A stretch of DNA of 48,632 bases from Acidobacteriota bacterium (GTDB lineage Bacteria > Acidobacteriota > Vicinamibacteria > Vicinamibacterales > 2-12-FULL-66-21), in contig JBKPTT010000157.1 of the NCBI GenBank assembly GCA_046735635.1, forward strand, positions 1 to 48,632. The letters are read 5' to 3'. Made by a program: the position numbers and the translations under genes. This document shows positions 36,845 to 45,970 of this stretch, piece after piece (the stretch's first letter is position 1; every line of letters starts with the position of its first letter). The notes beneath the pieces were generated by a model. The model did not search any database. It was not told the origin of the DNA and saw only the letters and a list, made by a program, of their open reading frames with translations.

Positions 36845-37366
36845 TCATAGCATCCCGAGCGCCGCCACCGTCTTCATATCCACTATCTCTCCGCGCCTGA
36901 CCATTTCTCGCGCCTCGCGGAGCTCGAACGTTTTCGCCTCGATATCCTCGTCCTCGTCGACTTCCGCGTCGTGGGTCGGATCCTCGAGATTCGAGAGGCG
37001 GAAAAACACCATCTGCTCGTCGCAGTAACCCGGTGTTGGATACATCGCCGCCAGCCGCACGACAGTGGCCGGTACTTTCCCGATCTCCTCGTGGCACTCG
37101 CGCGCAGCGGCCTGCTCGGGCGTCTCCCCGGCGTCGACGCTGCCGGCAGGAAACTCCCACAGGAACTTGTTCACTGGATATCGGAACTGCCGGATGAGGA
37201 TCACGTGGCCGGGCTCCGGCACCGGAATCAGAACGACGGACTTCGGGTGCCTGACCACGTCCACAGTCACCTCGCGGCCATTCGGCATACGCACGCGATC
37301 GCGATCGACGTCGAACACTTTGCCGTCGTATACACGTTCGTGGGAAATCGTCTCGGTATCGGACAT
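36845..37366 (-). CDS. NUDIX hydrolase (ADP-ribose pyrophosphatase-like)
   Basis: Nudix box GSVDAGETPEQAAARECHEEIG. Start set at the ATG at 37366 (GAAGGA 5 nt upstream). The 8 extra codons of the track ORF fall inside a repeat element. Confidence 0.8.
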   Translation of the reverse strand: MSDTETISHERVYDGKVFDVDRDRVRMPNGREVTVDVVRHPKSVVLIPVPEPGHVILIRQFRYPVNKFLWEFPAGSVDAGETPEQAAARECHEEIGKVPATVVRLAAMYPTPGYCDEQMVFFRLSNLEDPTHDAEVDEDEDIEAKTFELREAREMVRRGEIVDMKTVAALGML

Positions 37367-37380
37367 ATATCCTTCTTTCG

Positions 37381-37552
37381 AATCCCTCATCCCTCATCGC
37401 GAATCTCTGATCGGAAATCATCCTATCCGTCAATCCGCAATCTTGAATCGTGGAATTGCGGATCCTTCAATCGCTTCAAGAATGCGGCCGATTCGCTGAT
37501 CCGAAATTATCCGATTCTCGATTAGGGATTCTTCGATCAGGGATTAGGGATT
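37381..37552. repeat. ~170-bp palindromic intergenic element with imperfect terminal inverted repeats (REP/MITE-like)
   Basis: Left end AATCCCTCATCCCTCATC (37381-37398). Right end GATCAGGGATTAGGGATT (37535-37552) matches the reverse complement of the left end at 16 of 18 positions. An internal 8-bp stem pairs TCCGCAAT (37434-37441) with ATTGCGGA (37455-37462). The left 18-mer is identical to 43483-43500. Confidence 0.8.
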
Positions 37553-38491
37553 GAGTTCTTCGCGTGACTCGATGTCATCCAGGACGTGCTGAAGATCGGG
37601 CGGTAGCGGCGAATCGAACTCGACGCGGCGGCCGTCAGCGGGATGGGTGAACGCGAGCCGCGCGGAATGAAGAAAGGGGCGCTCCAGCCGCTGCACGGCG
37701 CGCAGGTTCGCCGCGGTGCGGCGATGCACGCCGCCATACGTCGCGTCGCCGACGATCGGATGTCCAATCGCGCTGAGATGCACCCTGATCTGGTGAGTGC
37801 GCCCGGTCGCAATCGCCACTTTCAGAAGCGACGCTCCCTTGTAATGCCTGGCGAACGTCACGCGCGTCACGGCGTGCCGCGCCCGCCGCGCGCGCGTCGA
37901 CATCTTCTGGCGGTCGACGGGATCGCGGCCAATCGGCGCGTCGATTCTACGGCCCGCCTGTACCACGCCCCACACGAGCGCCATGTATTCCTTTTCGATT
38001 TCCCGATCGCTGAACTGCCGCGACAGTTCCTGGTGTGCGCGATCCGTCTTCGCGACGACCATCACCCCCGACGTTCCTCGATCCAGGCGGTGCACAATGC
38101 CGGGCCGCGTCTCCCCGCCAATCCCGCTCAGGTCCTTGACGTGATGCAGCAGCGCGTTCACCAGCGTCCCGCCGGTGTGCCCGGCGGCCGGATGTACAAC
38201 CATGCCCGCCGGCTTGTCGAGGACGACAATGTGTTGATCCTGGTAGATGATGCGGAGCGGAAGTTCCTCGGCTTCCGGAGCTGCCGGGACCGACGGCGGA
38301 ATATCGACCCTATAGGTCTGTCCGGCGCGCACGGCCGTGCTCGGCCGCAATGCACCCCCCGGGCCGGTCACGTGGCCTTCTTTAATCAGACGCTGGACGT
38401 TCGATCTCGATTGTTCGGGAAGAAGCGCGGTCAGGAAGTTGTCGAGACGAACGCCCTCGTGCTCCTCCTCCACCGTGAGCGCCTCGGACAT
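37544..38491 (-). CDS. rluD: 23S rRNA pseudouridine synthase, RluA/RluD family
   Basis: 315 aa. Has an S4-like N-terminus (GVRLDNFL), the catalytic HRLDRGTSGVMVVAK, and the THQIRVH block. Confidence 0.85.
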   Translation of the reverse strand: MSEALTVEEEHEGVRLDNFLTALLPEQSRSNVQRLIKEGHVTGPGGALRPSTAVRAGQTYRVDIPPSVPAAPEAEELPLRIIYQDQHIVVLDKPAGMVVHPAAGHTGGTLVNALLHHVKDLSGIGGETRPGIVHRLDRGTSGVMVVAKTDRAHQELSRQFSDREIEKEYMALVWGVVQAGRRIDAPIGRDPVDRQKMSTRARRARHAVTRVTFARHYKGASLLKVAIATGRTHQIRVHLSAIGHPIVGDATYGGVHRRTAANLRAVQRLERPFLHSARLAFTHPADGRRVEFDSPLPPDLQHVLDDIESREELNP

Positions 38492-38538
38492 CTCTGCGTG
38501 ACCTCTCCCGCGCGGTAAGCCCTGGCTGTGACGCCGTG

Positions 38539-39351
38539 TCAGGCCGCCTTGGCACGGCGTGCCGACGCTTTGGGCGCCGGAGCCGGCGCCCGACGGCCAA
38601 GGACGACCAGCATAATAATGGCAAGCGGCACGATGATGAGTGACAGGAACTGTGACGTGGAGAACATCCCCACGCTGCCCCGCGGATCGCCTCGATAGAA
38701 CTCGATGATGAACCTCGACACGCCGTACATGAACATGTAGGCCCAGAACGTCCGGCCCGGGAACGGCCGTCCGCGCCGCTCGGTCGCCAGCAGCATGCCC
38801 AGAATCAACAGCTCCGCGCCTGCTTCATACAGCTGCGTCGGGTGCAGCGGGACCTCGAGGGGCGTCCCGACGTTCTGCGCGGCATACTCGCTGTGAAACG
38901 TGATCGCCCAGGGCACTTCCGTGCGTCTCCCGAAACAGCAGCCCGCGAACAGGCACCCCATGCGTCCAATCACGTGCCCGAGCGCGATGCCCGGAGCGAA
39001 GACGTCGGTGACGGTCCACATCGGCATTCTGTGCGTCCGCAAGTACCACAGCGCGACCACCACCGCCGCAATCAGCCCTCCATAGAACACGCCGCCGGAC
39101 CTGAACAGGTCGAACAGCTCGGACGGGCTGGCTTTGTACTTGTCGAATTCGACGACGAGCAGAAGCAGCTTGGCACCGAGGAGCGCGCTGATGATGATCC
39201 AGATGCCGAGGTCCATCACCCGGTTGGGATCGAGGCCGCGCGTCCGCGCGCGCATCAGCGCGAACTGCAGCCCCAGCAGGTACGCCGCTGCGAGGAGGAC
39301 GCCGTAGGTGTAGACCGGAAACCGCCCGATTTCAAACAGGATGGGATGCAT
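38539..39351 (-). CDS. lgt: prolipoprotein diacylglyceryl transferase
   Basis: 270 aa. Contains IGRMGCLFAGCCFGR, HPTQLYE and YGVSRFIIEFYR, the signatures of Lgt. Confidence 0.9.
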   Translation of the reverse strand: MHPILFEIGRFPVYTYGVLLAAAYLLGLQFALMRARTRGLDPNRVMDLGIWIIISALLGAKLLLLVVEFDKYKASPSELFDLFRSGGVFYGGLIAAVVVALWYLRTHRMPMWTVTDVFAPGIALGHVIGRMGCLFAGCCFGRRTEVPWAITFHSEYAAQNVGTPLEVPLHPTQLYEAGAELLILGMLLATERRGRPFPGRTFWAYMFMYGVSRFIIEFYRGDPRGSVGMFSTSQFLSLIIVPLAIIMLVVLGRRAPAPAPKASARRAKAA

Positions 39352-39907
39352 GTCGCCGCCCGATTCCGATCATGTCGAGCAGGACCAGGATGGCCCCGAT
39401 CGTGATTGCGGAGTCCGCCACGTTGAACGCCCAGAAGTGCGTCGCTCCCCAGTACACGTCGACAAAATCCACCACGTACCCGGCCACTGCGCGGTCGATG
39501 AGGTTCCCGAACGCCCCGCCGAGAATCAGCGCGAGACCAAATCGCGCCATCCGTTCATGGAACCCCAGCTGCGTCGCGTAGGCCGCAATCGCGACGAGCG
39601 CGACGGCGGCGATCCCGATCATCACCGCCGGCTTGTACGGAAAATCGGCGGCGTTCAACAGTCCGAACGCGGCGCCTGTGTTATGGACGTGCGTCAGATC
39701 GAGCAGCTCGGGAATGATGCTCCGGCTGTCGCCGAGCGGAAGCGTCCGGCGGACGATGAGCTTCGTCACCTGGTCGAGCGCAACAACCGCCGCCATCGTG
39801 CCGAGCTCGAGCGGGTGCGCGTAGGCGGCCGCGGTCTTGGGCGCCGCCGACTCCTCCGGAGCGGGAAGTTGCGGTCCCGGCTGGTCGGGGATGTCTGCCG
39901 CCGTCAT
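39332..39907 (-). CDS. lspA: lipoprotein signal peptidase II
   Basis: Contains DQVTK, HNTGAAFG and FNVADSAI, the LspA motifs. Start set at the ATG at 39907, which overlaps the ileS stop (TGATG). The gene overlaps the lgt start by 20 nt. Confidence 0.8.
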   Translation of the reverse strand: MTAADIPDQPGPQLPAPEESAAPKTAAAYAHPLELGTMAAVVALDQVTKLIVRRTLPLGDSRSIIPELLDLTHVHNTGAAFGLLNAADFPYKPAVMIGIAAVALVAIAAYATQLGFHERMARFGLALILGGAFGNLIDRAVAGYVVDFVDVYWGATHFWAFNVADSAITIGAILVLLDMIGIGRRHASHPV

Positions 39908-42717
39908 CACGCTGCCACCGGACCGGTCGACTCCGGCAGCGCCGCCACGCATCGGTCGCACAATCCGGCGGTCGCGGGCGCCGCCGACACGTTCGTCACC
40001 GTTCGCCAGCATCGGGGGCATTTCTGGCCTTCAGCGCGCACGACGACCACCTCCAGCGGCGCGTCGGGCGGGGCGGCCTCGAGCTCCACCTGCGACACGA
40101 TGAAGAACATCGGCAGATCCTCGCGGTGGCGCTCGAGCAGTCCTCCATCCTCTCCCGATGCGCGCAGGATCACCTTCGCACCAAGGGAGTTGCCGATCGC
40201 CTTGCTCTGCCGCTCAGCCTCCAGCGCGCGATTCACTTCGTCCCGAATCCGCATGAGCTGATTCCACCGACCGACCACATCGGCGTTCCTATACCGTCCC
40301 ACGCCGTCCGGGAAGAGGGCGAGGTGAACCGACGGGTCCGGAATGCCTGGCAAATGGCGCCATAGTTCATCAGCCGTCATCGGCAGAATCGGCGCGAGCA
40401 GGCGGGTCAGGCCATCCGCGATCACGAACATCGCGGTCTGCGCCGAGCGGCGTTCGGTCGATGCCGCGGCGAACGTGTAGAGGCGATCCTTCGACACGTC
40501 GGCGTAAAACGCGCTCAGATCGACCGTCGTGAACTGGTTGAGTGCCTGGAAAATCGTCGGGTAGTCGTACTCCTCGTACGCCCTGACGACCGCCTCCGCC
40601 ACTTCCGCATAGCGGGCGAGCGCGAAGCGATCCACTTCCTGCATGCTCTCGAGCGCGACCCGATCGGTGGCCGGATCGAAGTCGTACAGGTTCGACGCGA
40701 GATATCGCAGCGTATTCCGAATCTTGCGGTACGCCTCGACGACGCGCGCGAGGATCTGTTTCCCGACGCGCACCTCCTCGCGGAAGTCGACCATCGCGAC
40801 CCACAGGCGGATGATTTCGGCGCCGCTGTCCTTGATGACATCCTGCGGTTCGATCGTGTTGCCGAGCGACTTGGACATCTTCCGCCCGTCCTCGGCGACG
40901 ATGAAGCCATGCGTGACGACCTCGCGGAACGGCGGTTTGTTCCGCGTACCGAGGCCGACGAGCAGCGAGCTCTGAAACCAGCCACGATGCTGGTCGCTGC
41001 CTTCGAGGTACACGTCCGCCGGCCAGGTGAGCTCCTTACGGAAGGGGATCACCGCTTCGTGGCTCGAACCTGAGTCGAACCATACATCGAGGATGTCCCG
41101 CTCGCGCTCGAACTGGGTTCCGCCGCAGCGCGGACATGTCAACCCTTCAGGAAGAAACTCACTCAGGGGCCGTTCGTACCAGGCGTCGGCGCCGTACACG
41201 TCGAACACGGCCGCGGCACGCTCGACGAGCGCCGGGGTCAGCAGTGCGTCGCCGCAATTTGTGCAGTCCACCGCGGGGATTGGGACGCCCCACGCTCGCT
41301 GGCGCGAAACGCACCAATCCGGCCGGTTCGCGATCATGTTGTAGATGCGATCACGTCCCCACGACGGCACCCATTTGACGTCGCGGTCGATTGCCTCGAG
41401 CGCCGCTTGGCGCAAGGAGTTCATGCCCGCGGTCTCGCGGTCCATGGCGATGAACCACTGCGATGTCGCGAGAAAGATGACCGGATTGTGGCATCGCCAG
41501 CAGTGCGGGTACGAGTGCTGGTAAGGCTCGCGATGCCAGAGACGCCCACGCTCGTGCAGCGCCTCTTCGATCCTCGGGTTCGCGTCGAACACGCGCTGCC
41601 CGCCGAAGAGCTCCACGGTGTCGAGAAAATGCCCGCCGGGTCCAACGGGAGCATAGATGTCGAGGCCGTACTTCACGCCGGTCGCGAAGTCGTCGCTGCC
41701 GTGACCCGGGGCGGTGTGGACCGCGCCCGTGCCAGCCTCGAGCGTTACGTAATCCGCAAGCACGGCGATCGAGTCGCGAGTGTAGAGCGGATGACGGAAC
41801 CGGATGCCCTCGAGCTGCTCGCCTCGCATACGCACGAGAGGCGCGCCAAGGGCGCGGCCGGTTGCGCTGGCGACCTGCGCCGCGAGACCCTCGGCGACAA
41901 TGACGGCCCGGCCGTCGACGTCATACGCGGCGTAGTCGAACTCCGGGTGGAATGCGATCGCGAGGTTCGACGGAATGGTCCAGGGCGTCGTCGTCCAGAT
42001 CAGGACGGACACAGGCCGGCCCGCGAGCGCCGGAATACGCGCCCCGAGCTCCTGCCCGCTCGTGTCCGCCAGGGGGAACTCGACATAGATAGCGGGCGAC
42101 GAGTGGTCCGCGTATTCGACTTCCGCTTCAGCGAGCGCCGTGCGGCAGTGAATGCACCAGTGGACCGGCTTTTTTCCTTTGTAGACCAGCCCGCGTTCGA
42201 CGAATTTCCCGAACGCCCGCGCGATGGCCGCCTGATACCCGAAATCCATCGTCAGGTACAGGTGGTCCCAGTCGCCGAAGACGCCGAGACGCTGAAATTC
42301 GACGTTCATCACGTCGATGTAGCGGGTCGCGTACGCCCGGCACGCGCGCCGGAAGTCGGCAATCGACATGTCGCGCTTTTTCGGCCCGAGCTCCCGATCT
42401 ACTTTCAGCTCAATCGGCAGGCCGTGGCAGTCGTAGCCGAGCACGTACGGAGAATCAAAGCCCATCATCGTCCGCGACTTGACGACGAAATCCTTGAGGA
42501 TCTTGTTCATCGCGGTGCCGAGGTGGATTCGCCCGTTCGCATAGGGGGGGCCATCGTGCAGCACGAACTTCGGACGTCCGTTGCTCCGTTCCCGGATGCG
42601 TTCGTAGAGACGCATTTCGACCCACCGCGACAGCGCCTGTGGTTCAGCCGTCTGGAGGTTCGCCTTCATGGGGAAGTCGGTACGCGGAAGGTTCAGCGTG
42701 TCTTTCCACTCGGCCAT
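39907..42717 (-). CDS. ileS: isoleucine--tRNA ligase
   Basis: 936 aa. Has the class I HIGH-type motif ([12 protein letters not shown]), KMSKS (RKMSKSLGN) and a C-terminal Zn-finger CPRCW...CDRC. Confidence 0.95.
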   Translation of the reverse strand: MAEWKDTLNLPRTDFPMKANLQTAEPQALSRWVEMRLYERIRERSNGRPKFVLHDGPPYANGRIHLGTAMNKILKDFVVKSRTMMGFDSPYVLGYDCHGLPIELKVDRELGPKKRDMSIADFRRACRAYATRYIDVMNVEFQRLGVFGDWDHLYLTMDFGYQAAIARAFGKFVERGLVYKGKKPVHWCIHCRTALAEAEVEYADHSSPAIYVEFPLADTSGQELGARIPALAGRPVSVLIWTTTPWTIPSNLAIAFHPEFDYAAYDVDGRAVIVAEGLAAQVASATGRALGAPLVRMRGEQLEGIRFRHPLYTRDSIAVLADYVTLEAGTGAVHTAPGHGSDDFATGVKYGLDIYAPVGPGGHFLDTVELFGGQRVFDANPRIEEALHERGRLWHREPYQHSYPHCWRCHNPVIFLATSQWFIAMDRETAGMNSLRQAALEAIDRDVKWVPSWGRDRIYNMIANRPDWCVSRQRAWGVPIPAVDCTNCGDALLTPALVERAAAVFDVYGADAWYERPLSEFLPEGLTCPRCGGTQFERERDILDVWFDSGSSHEAVIPFRKELTWPADVYLEGSDQHRGWFQSSLLVGLGTRNKPPFREVVTHGFIVAEDGRKMSKSLGNTIEPQDVIKDSGAEIIRLWVAMVDFREEVRVGKQILARVVEAYRKIRNTLRYLASNLYDFDPATDRVALESMQEVDRFALARYAEVAEAVVRAYEEYDYPTIFQALNQFTTVDLSAFYADVSKDRLYTFAAASTERRSAQTAMFVIADGLTRLLAPILPMTADELWRHLPGIPDPSVHLALFPDGVGRYRNADVVGRWNQLMRIRDEVNRALEAERQSKAIGNSLGAKVILRASGEDGGLLERHREDLPMFFIVSQVELEAAPPDAPLEVVVVRAEGQKCPRCWRTVTNVSAAPATAGLCDRCVAALPESTGPVAA

Positions 42718-42753
42718 GGATCTTTATATTCTAGCAGCCCGTATGATCGCCGC

Positions 42754-43518
42754 ATGCAGGACCTGAAATCGCGGTCCGACGCGATTCGCTGGTATCACAC
42801 GATCGATCTCGGCGGTGGCGTTGTGACGAGCGGCGTGGACGATACGCCGTACCGGCTCAGGCGCGTGAAGCTCCCGACATCGCTCCGCGGATTGAGCGTG
42901 CTCGATATCGGCGCCTGGGACGGGTTTTTTTCATTCGAGTGCGAACGCCGCGGCGCCGCGCGCGTTGTCGCGGCGGACTACTACTCGTGGCACGGCAGCG
43001 GATGGGGGACGAAGGCGGGATTCACGCTCGCGCGAGAAGCGCTGGGCTCGCGCGTCGAGGACGTGGACATCGACGTGATGGACCTCTCGCTGGATCGCGT
43101 GGGGCAATTCGACGTCGTGCTGTTTCTCGGCGTTTTCTATCACCTCCGGCATCCGTTCACCGCTCTCGAGCGCATCGCTCCGCTCGTGCGGCGGCAACTC
43201 ATCGTGGAGACGGTTCTGGACATGGTTGGAATCTCCCGGCCCGCGATGGCGTTCTATCCCTCGCGCGAGCTGAACAATGATCCGACGAACTGGTGGGCGC
43301 CGAACGTACCGGCGATGCGAGGAATGCTCGAGACAGTGGGGTTCGATCGAGTCGAAACGGTGACTGGTACGCACGGCCCCGTTTATCGTGCTGCGCGCGC
43401 CGCCTATCATCACGTGCGCGGGAAGAACCCGTTCGGCCCCGCCTTCCGGCAGGACAGGGCTGTGTTCCATGCATTCAAGAACAATCCCTCATCCCTCATC
43501 CAGAATCCCGCATCGTGA
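42754..43518 (+). CDS. class I SAM-dependent methyltransferase (DUF1698/CmoB-like fold)
   Basis: MQDLKSRSDAIRWYHTIDLGGGVVT..., with motif I LSVLDIGAWDGFFSFE and FDVVLFLGVFYHLRHP. This is the in-frame C-terminal part of the 703-aa track ORF, whose first 449 codons are antisense to ileS. The last ~12 codons and the stop lie inside the repeat element at 43483. Confidence 0.75.
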   Translation: MQDLKSRSDAIRWYHTIDLGGGVVTSGVDDTPYRLRRVKLPTSLRGLSVLDIGAWDGFFSFECERRGAARVVAADYYSWHGSGWGTKAGFTLAREALGSRVEDVDIDVMDLSLDRVGQFDVVLFLGVFYHLRHPFTALERIAPLVRRQLIVETVLDMVGISRPAMAFYPSRELNNDPTNWWAPNVPAMRGMLETVGFDRVETVTGTHGPVYRAARAAYHHVRGKNPFGPAFRQDRAVFHAFKNNPSSLIQNPAS

Positions 43519-43638
43519 GTTCGCGAATCGGCAATCTGATTACGGGATGGACGCGATGAGGGGATGGACGCGACGAGAGGATTCACCGATCAGGGATCCC
43601 CGATCTGCCGATCAGGGATCCCCGATGAGGGATGAAAC
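43483..43638. repeat. ~155-bp palindromic intergenic element, same family as 37381-37552
   Basis: Left end AATCCCTCATCCCTCATC (43483-43500) is identical to 37381-37398. Right end GATGAGGGATGA (43624-43635) is the reverse complement of part of the left end. Internal direct repeats are GGGATGGACGCGA x2 (43544 and 43561) and CCGATCAGGGATCCCCGAT x2 (43586 and 43608), the latter near-palindromic around GGGATCCC. Confidence 0.8.
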
Positions 43639-43646
43639 TTGCGCGC

Positions 43647-44468
43647 TTAACGCCGATTCTGCCGCGCGATGTCGACGCGGAACTCGCCGGTGTTGTCCCC
43701 GAACCCGTCGTCGTTGATCCCAAGGAACAGCTGACCGGCCGCAGGCATCGTGACCGGCACGCCGGTGCCAATCGGGAACGGCTGACCCGTCGCACCGATG
43801 CGGCCGATGAGCGCGCCCGCGAGCACGTTCGGCAGCGGCGCATTGGTGGCCTTCCGTCCGGATTTCGCGCCATAGGCGCTGGCGACGTCGCTCGGATCAG
43901 AGCTGAGCTGAATCTCGCCCGTGGCATTGAAATTCAGCGTGTCCCCCTTGCGAACGGTAATGCCCGTGGCCGTCCAGGGCTGTTTGGCGGACACCGAGAC
44001 GCCGTTGCCCGTCGGAGCCTGGAGGTTCGCCGTTCCGCCGGTCGTGGCTACGGCGTTGTCGGGCCGCGAGAGAACGATTCTGCCGATCTCACTCGACGAG
44101 AACTCGCGGTCGCCTGACGGTGTCTTGAACGTGATCTTCAGCGGCGACGTGCCGCTGATATCGTAGAGCTGGCCGTTGACGGTTTCACCACTCTTCAGCC
44201 ACACCACCTGCGTTCCGCCGGTCACCTTATTCCAGTCGGCATCGGTCATGGTCCCGCCGGAGAAGTCGATGACCGCGACATCATTGGTCGGAATGTTGCG
44301 GTCCGCACCGTTCACCCGAACGGTGAAGCCGACGCCACCGAGGTCGACGAGCTGGCCGGTGACCTTGTCGCCGTTACGCAGGGTAAGCGTGGCGTTCTCC
44401 TGCGCCTGGGCGACGCCGGTGAAGGTCAGCGCTGCCACCGAGAGCGCGAGAATCGTACGCTTGAACAT
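43647..44468 (-). CDS. secreted protein: two short beta-rich repeats plus C-terminal PA-IL (LecA)-like lectin domain
   Basis: ATG at 44468 with AGGAGG upstream. Signal peptide MFKRTILALSVAALTFTGVAQA. Repeats are NGDKVTGQLVDLGG... and SGETVNGQLYDISG.... The C-terminus (GITVRKGDTLNFNATGEIQL...AGALIGRIGATGQPFPIGTG...GQLFLGINDDGFGDNTGEFRVDI) parallels the P. aeruginosa LecA pattern (PGDVITIVAAGWASY...CGALVMKIGNSGTIPV...YNDVPGTYGNNSGSFSVNI). Confidence 0.65.
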   Translation of the reverse strand: MFKRTILALSVAALTFTGVAQAQENATLTLRNGDKVTGQLVDLGGVGFTVRVNGADRNIPTNDVAVIDFSGGTMTDADWNKVTGGTQVVWLKSGETVNGQLYDISGTSPLKITFKTPSGDREFSSSEIGRIVLSRPDNAVATTGGTANLQAPTGNGVSVSAKQPWTATGITVRKGDTLNFNATGEIQLSSDPSDVASAYGAKSGRKATNAPLPNVLAGALIGRIGATGQPFPIGTGVPVTMPAAGQLFLGINDDGFGDNTGEFRVDIARQNRR

Positions 44469-44635
44469 TTTGAATTCCTCCTGAAGAGCTTGTAACTCAG
44501 CAATCCGCTTTTGCGGACACTCCGAATCTGTTCTCCTGCCCCGTCTGCAAGGGTAAAGCCAGTTGCCACGGGAGGAACTCACCCGCAACCAACTCGACAG
44601 TTTCGTGACCGATTTCGTGAAAAAACCCCCGTAAA

Positions 44636-45970
44636 ATGGCCCTATATAATGGTTCCATGACCCTGCCGGCCGCTGTTTCACTCGCTGCTGCTGTACGTTC
44701 CGACTACCTCTCGAACGGCCTCAAAGTGGTGGTCAGCGAGATCCACACCGCGCCTCTCGTCTCGGTGTGGTGCTGGTATCGCGTCGGTTCCCGCGACGAG
44801 ACGCCAGGGATGACGGGAGCCTCGCATTGGGTCGAGCACATGAATTTCAAGGGGACTGTGAACATACCCCGTGACGCGATGAAGGGCATCGTCGAGCGTG
44901 TGGGCGGCATGTGGAACGGCTACACCTGGGTCGATCAGACAACATACGTCGAGACCGCCGGGCGCGCAGCGCTCGACCAGATGCTGTTTCTCGAAGCGGA
45001 GAGAATGTCGAACGGCGTCTACGATCCAGCCGAATGCGAATCGGAGCGGACCGTCGTAATCTCGGAGCTGCAGGGAGGCGAGAACGACCCGGAGCAGCTG
45101 CTCGATGTCGAAGTCACTGCCACCGCAATTCGCGCGCATCCATACCGCCATCCCACGATTGGCTGGCTCGACGATCTCCAAGCCATGTCGCGGGACGACC
45201 TCTACCGCCACTACCGCCGGTTTTACATCCCGAACAACGCCGCGCTGGTGGTGGTTGGCGATGTCGACGCCGATGAAGTGTTCCGGCGCGCGGAGAACCA
45301 CTTCGGCGCGATTCCTTCAGCGTCCGAGCCACTGCGCGTTCGGTCGGTCGAGCCGCCTCAGGTCGGCGAGCGCCGTGTCCTGGTGGAGCGCGAAGGCACG
45401 ACCGGCTACGTAAAAATCGCCTACCACGCGCCAGCCGCGGCCGACGCCGACTTCTTCCCGATGCTCGTACTGGATGCTGTTCTGACGGGTGCGAAAGGCG
45501 TGAACCTCTGGTCGAGTTTCCGCGTTGCACCTCCGCAGCGGAAGGCAAGGCTTTATACGGCGCTCGTGGAGCGAGGCCTCGCCTCGGCGGTCACGGGCTC
45601 CATCATGCCCACCGCGGAGCCGTTCTTGTACACCCTATCGCTGACGGCGATCGAGGGGGTGCCGCTCGACATCGTCGAATCGGCGGCGCTCGAGGAAATC
45701 GAACGCGTGCGGACCAGCGACATCGGTCTCGACGAGCTCCGGCGCGCCAAGCAGCAGCTGCGCGTGCGCCTGGTATTCGACAACGACAGCGTCACGAACA
45801 TCGCCCACCAGCTCGGATACTTCGAAACAATTGGGGCACCCGACTTGCTCGATGCGATGCAGTCCCGCACCGAGGCCGTGACGATCGACGATGTGCGGGA
45901 CGTGGCGCGGCGGCGTCTGGCCCCGCGGACGAGAACCGTTGGCTGGTTCCGCCCGCTGGAGCCGCGATGA
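44636..45970 (+). CDS. M16 (pitrilysin/insulinase) family zinc peptidase, catalytic subunit
   Basis: Has the inverted zinc motif HWVEH (GASHWVEHMNFKGT) and the typical M16 two-domain length. The start may instead be the ATG at 44657. Confidence 0.8.
   Translation: MALYNGSMTLPAAVSLAAAVRSDYLSNGLKVVVSEIHTAPLVSVWCWYRVGSRDETPGMTGASHWVEHMNFKGTVNIPRDAMKGIVERVGGMWNGYTWVDQTTYVETAGRAALDQMLFLEAERMSNGVYDPAECESERTVVISELQGGENDPEQLLDVEVTATAIRAHPYRHPTIGWLDDLQAMSRDDLYRHYRRFYIPNNAALVVVGDVDADEVFRRAENHFGAIPSASEPLRVRSVEPPQVGERRVLVEREGTTGYVKIAYHAPAAADADFFPMLVLDAVLTGAKGVNLWSSFRVAPPQRKARLYTALVERGLASAVTGSIMPTAEPFLYTLSLTAIEGVPLDIVESAALEEIERVRTSDIGLDELRRAKQQLRVRLVFDNDSVTNIAHQLGYFETIGAPDLLDAMQSRTEAVTIDDVRDVARRRLAPRTRTVGWFRPLEPR

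Noticed and set aside
41407-42753. The N-terminal 449 codons of the 703-aa plus-strand ORF.
   Set aside because: This part is antisense to ileS and has no recognisable domains. Only the in-frame part from the ATG at 42754 (the methyltransferase) is credible.
44645-44659. TATAAT box 7 nt upstream of the ATG at 44657, suggesting a leaderless M16 mRNA.
   Set aside because: There is no acceptable -35 or extended -10 element at the right spacing. The alternative ATG at 44636 is equally open. The evidence is insufficient to call a promoter.
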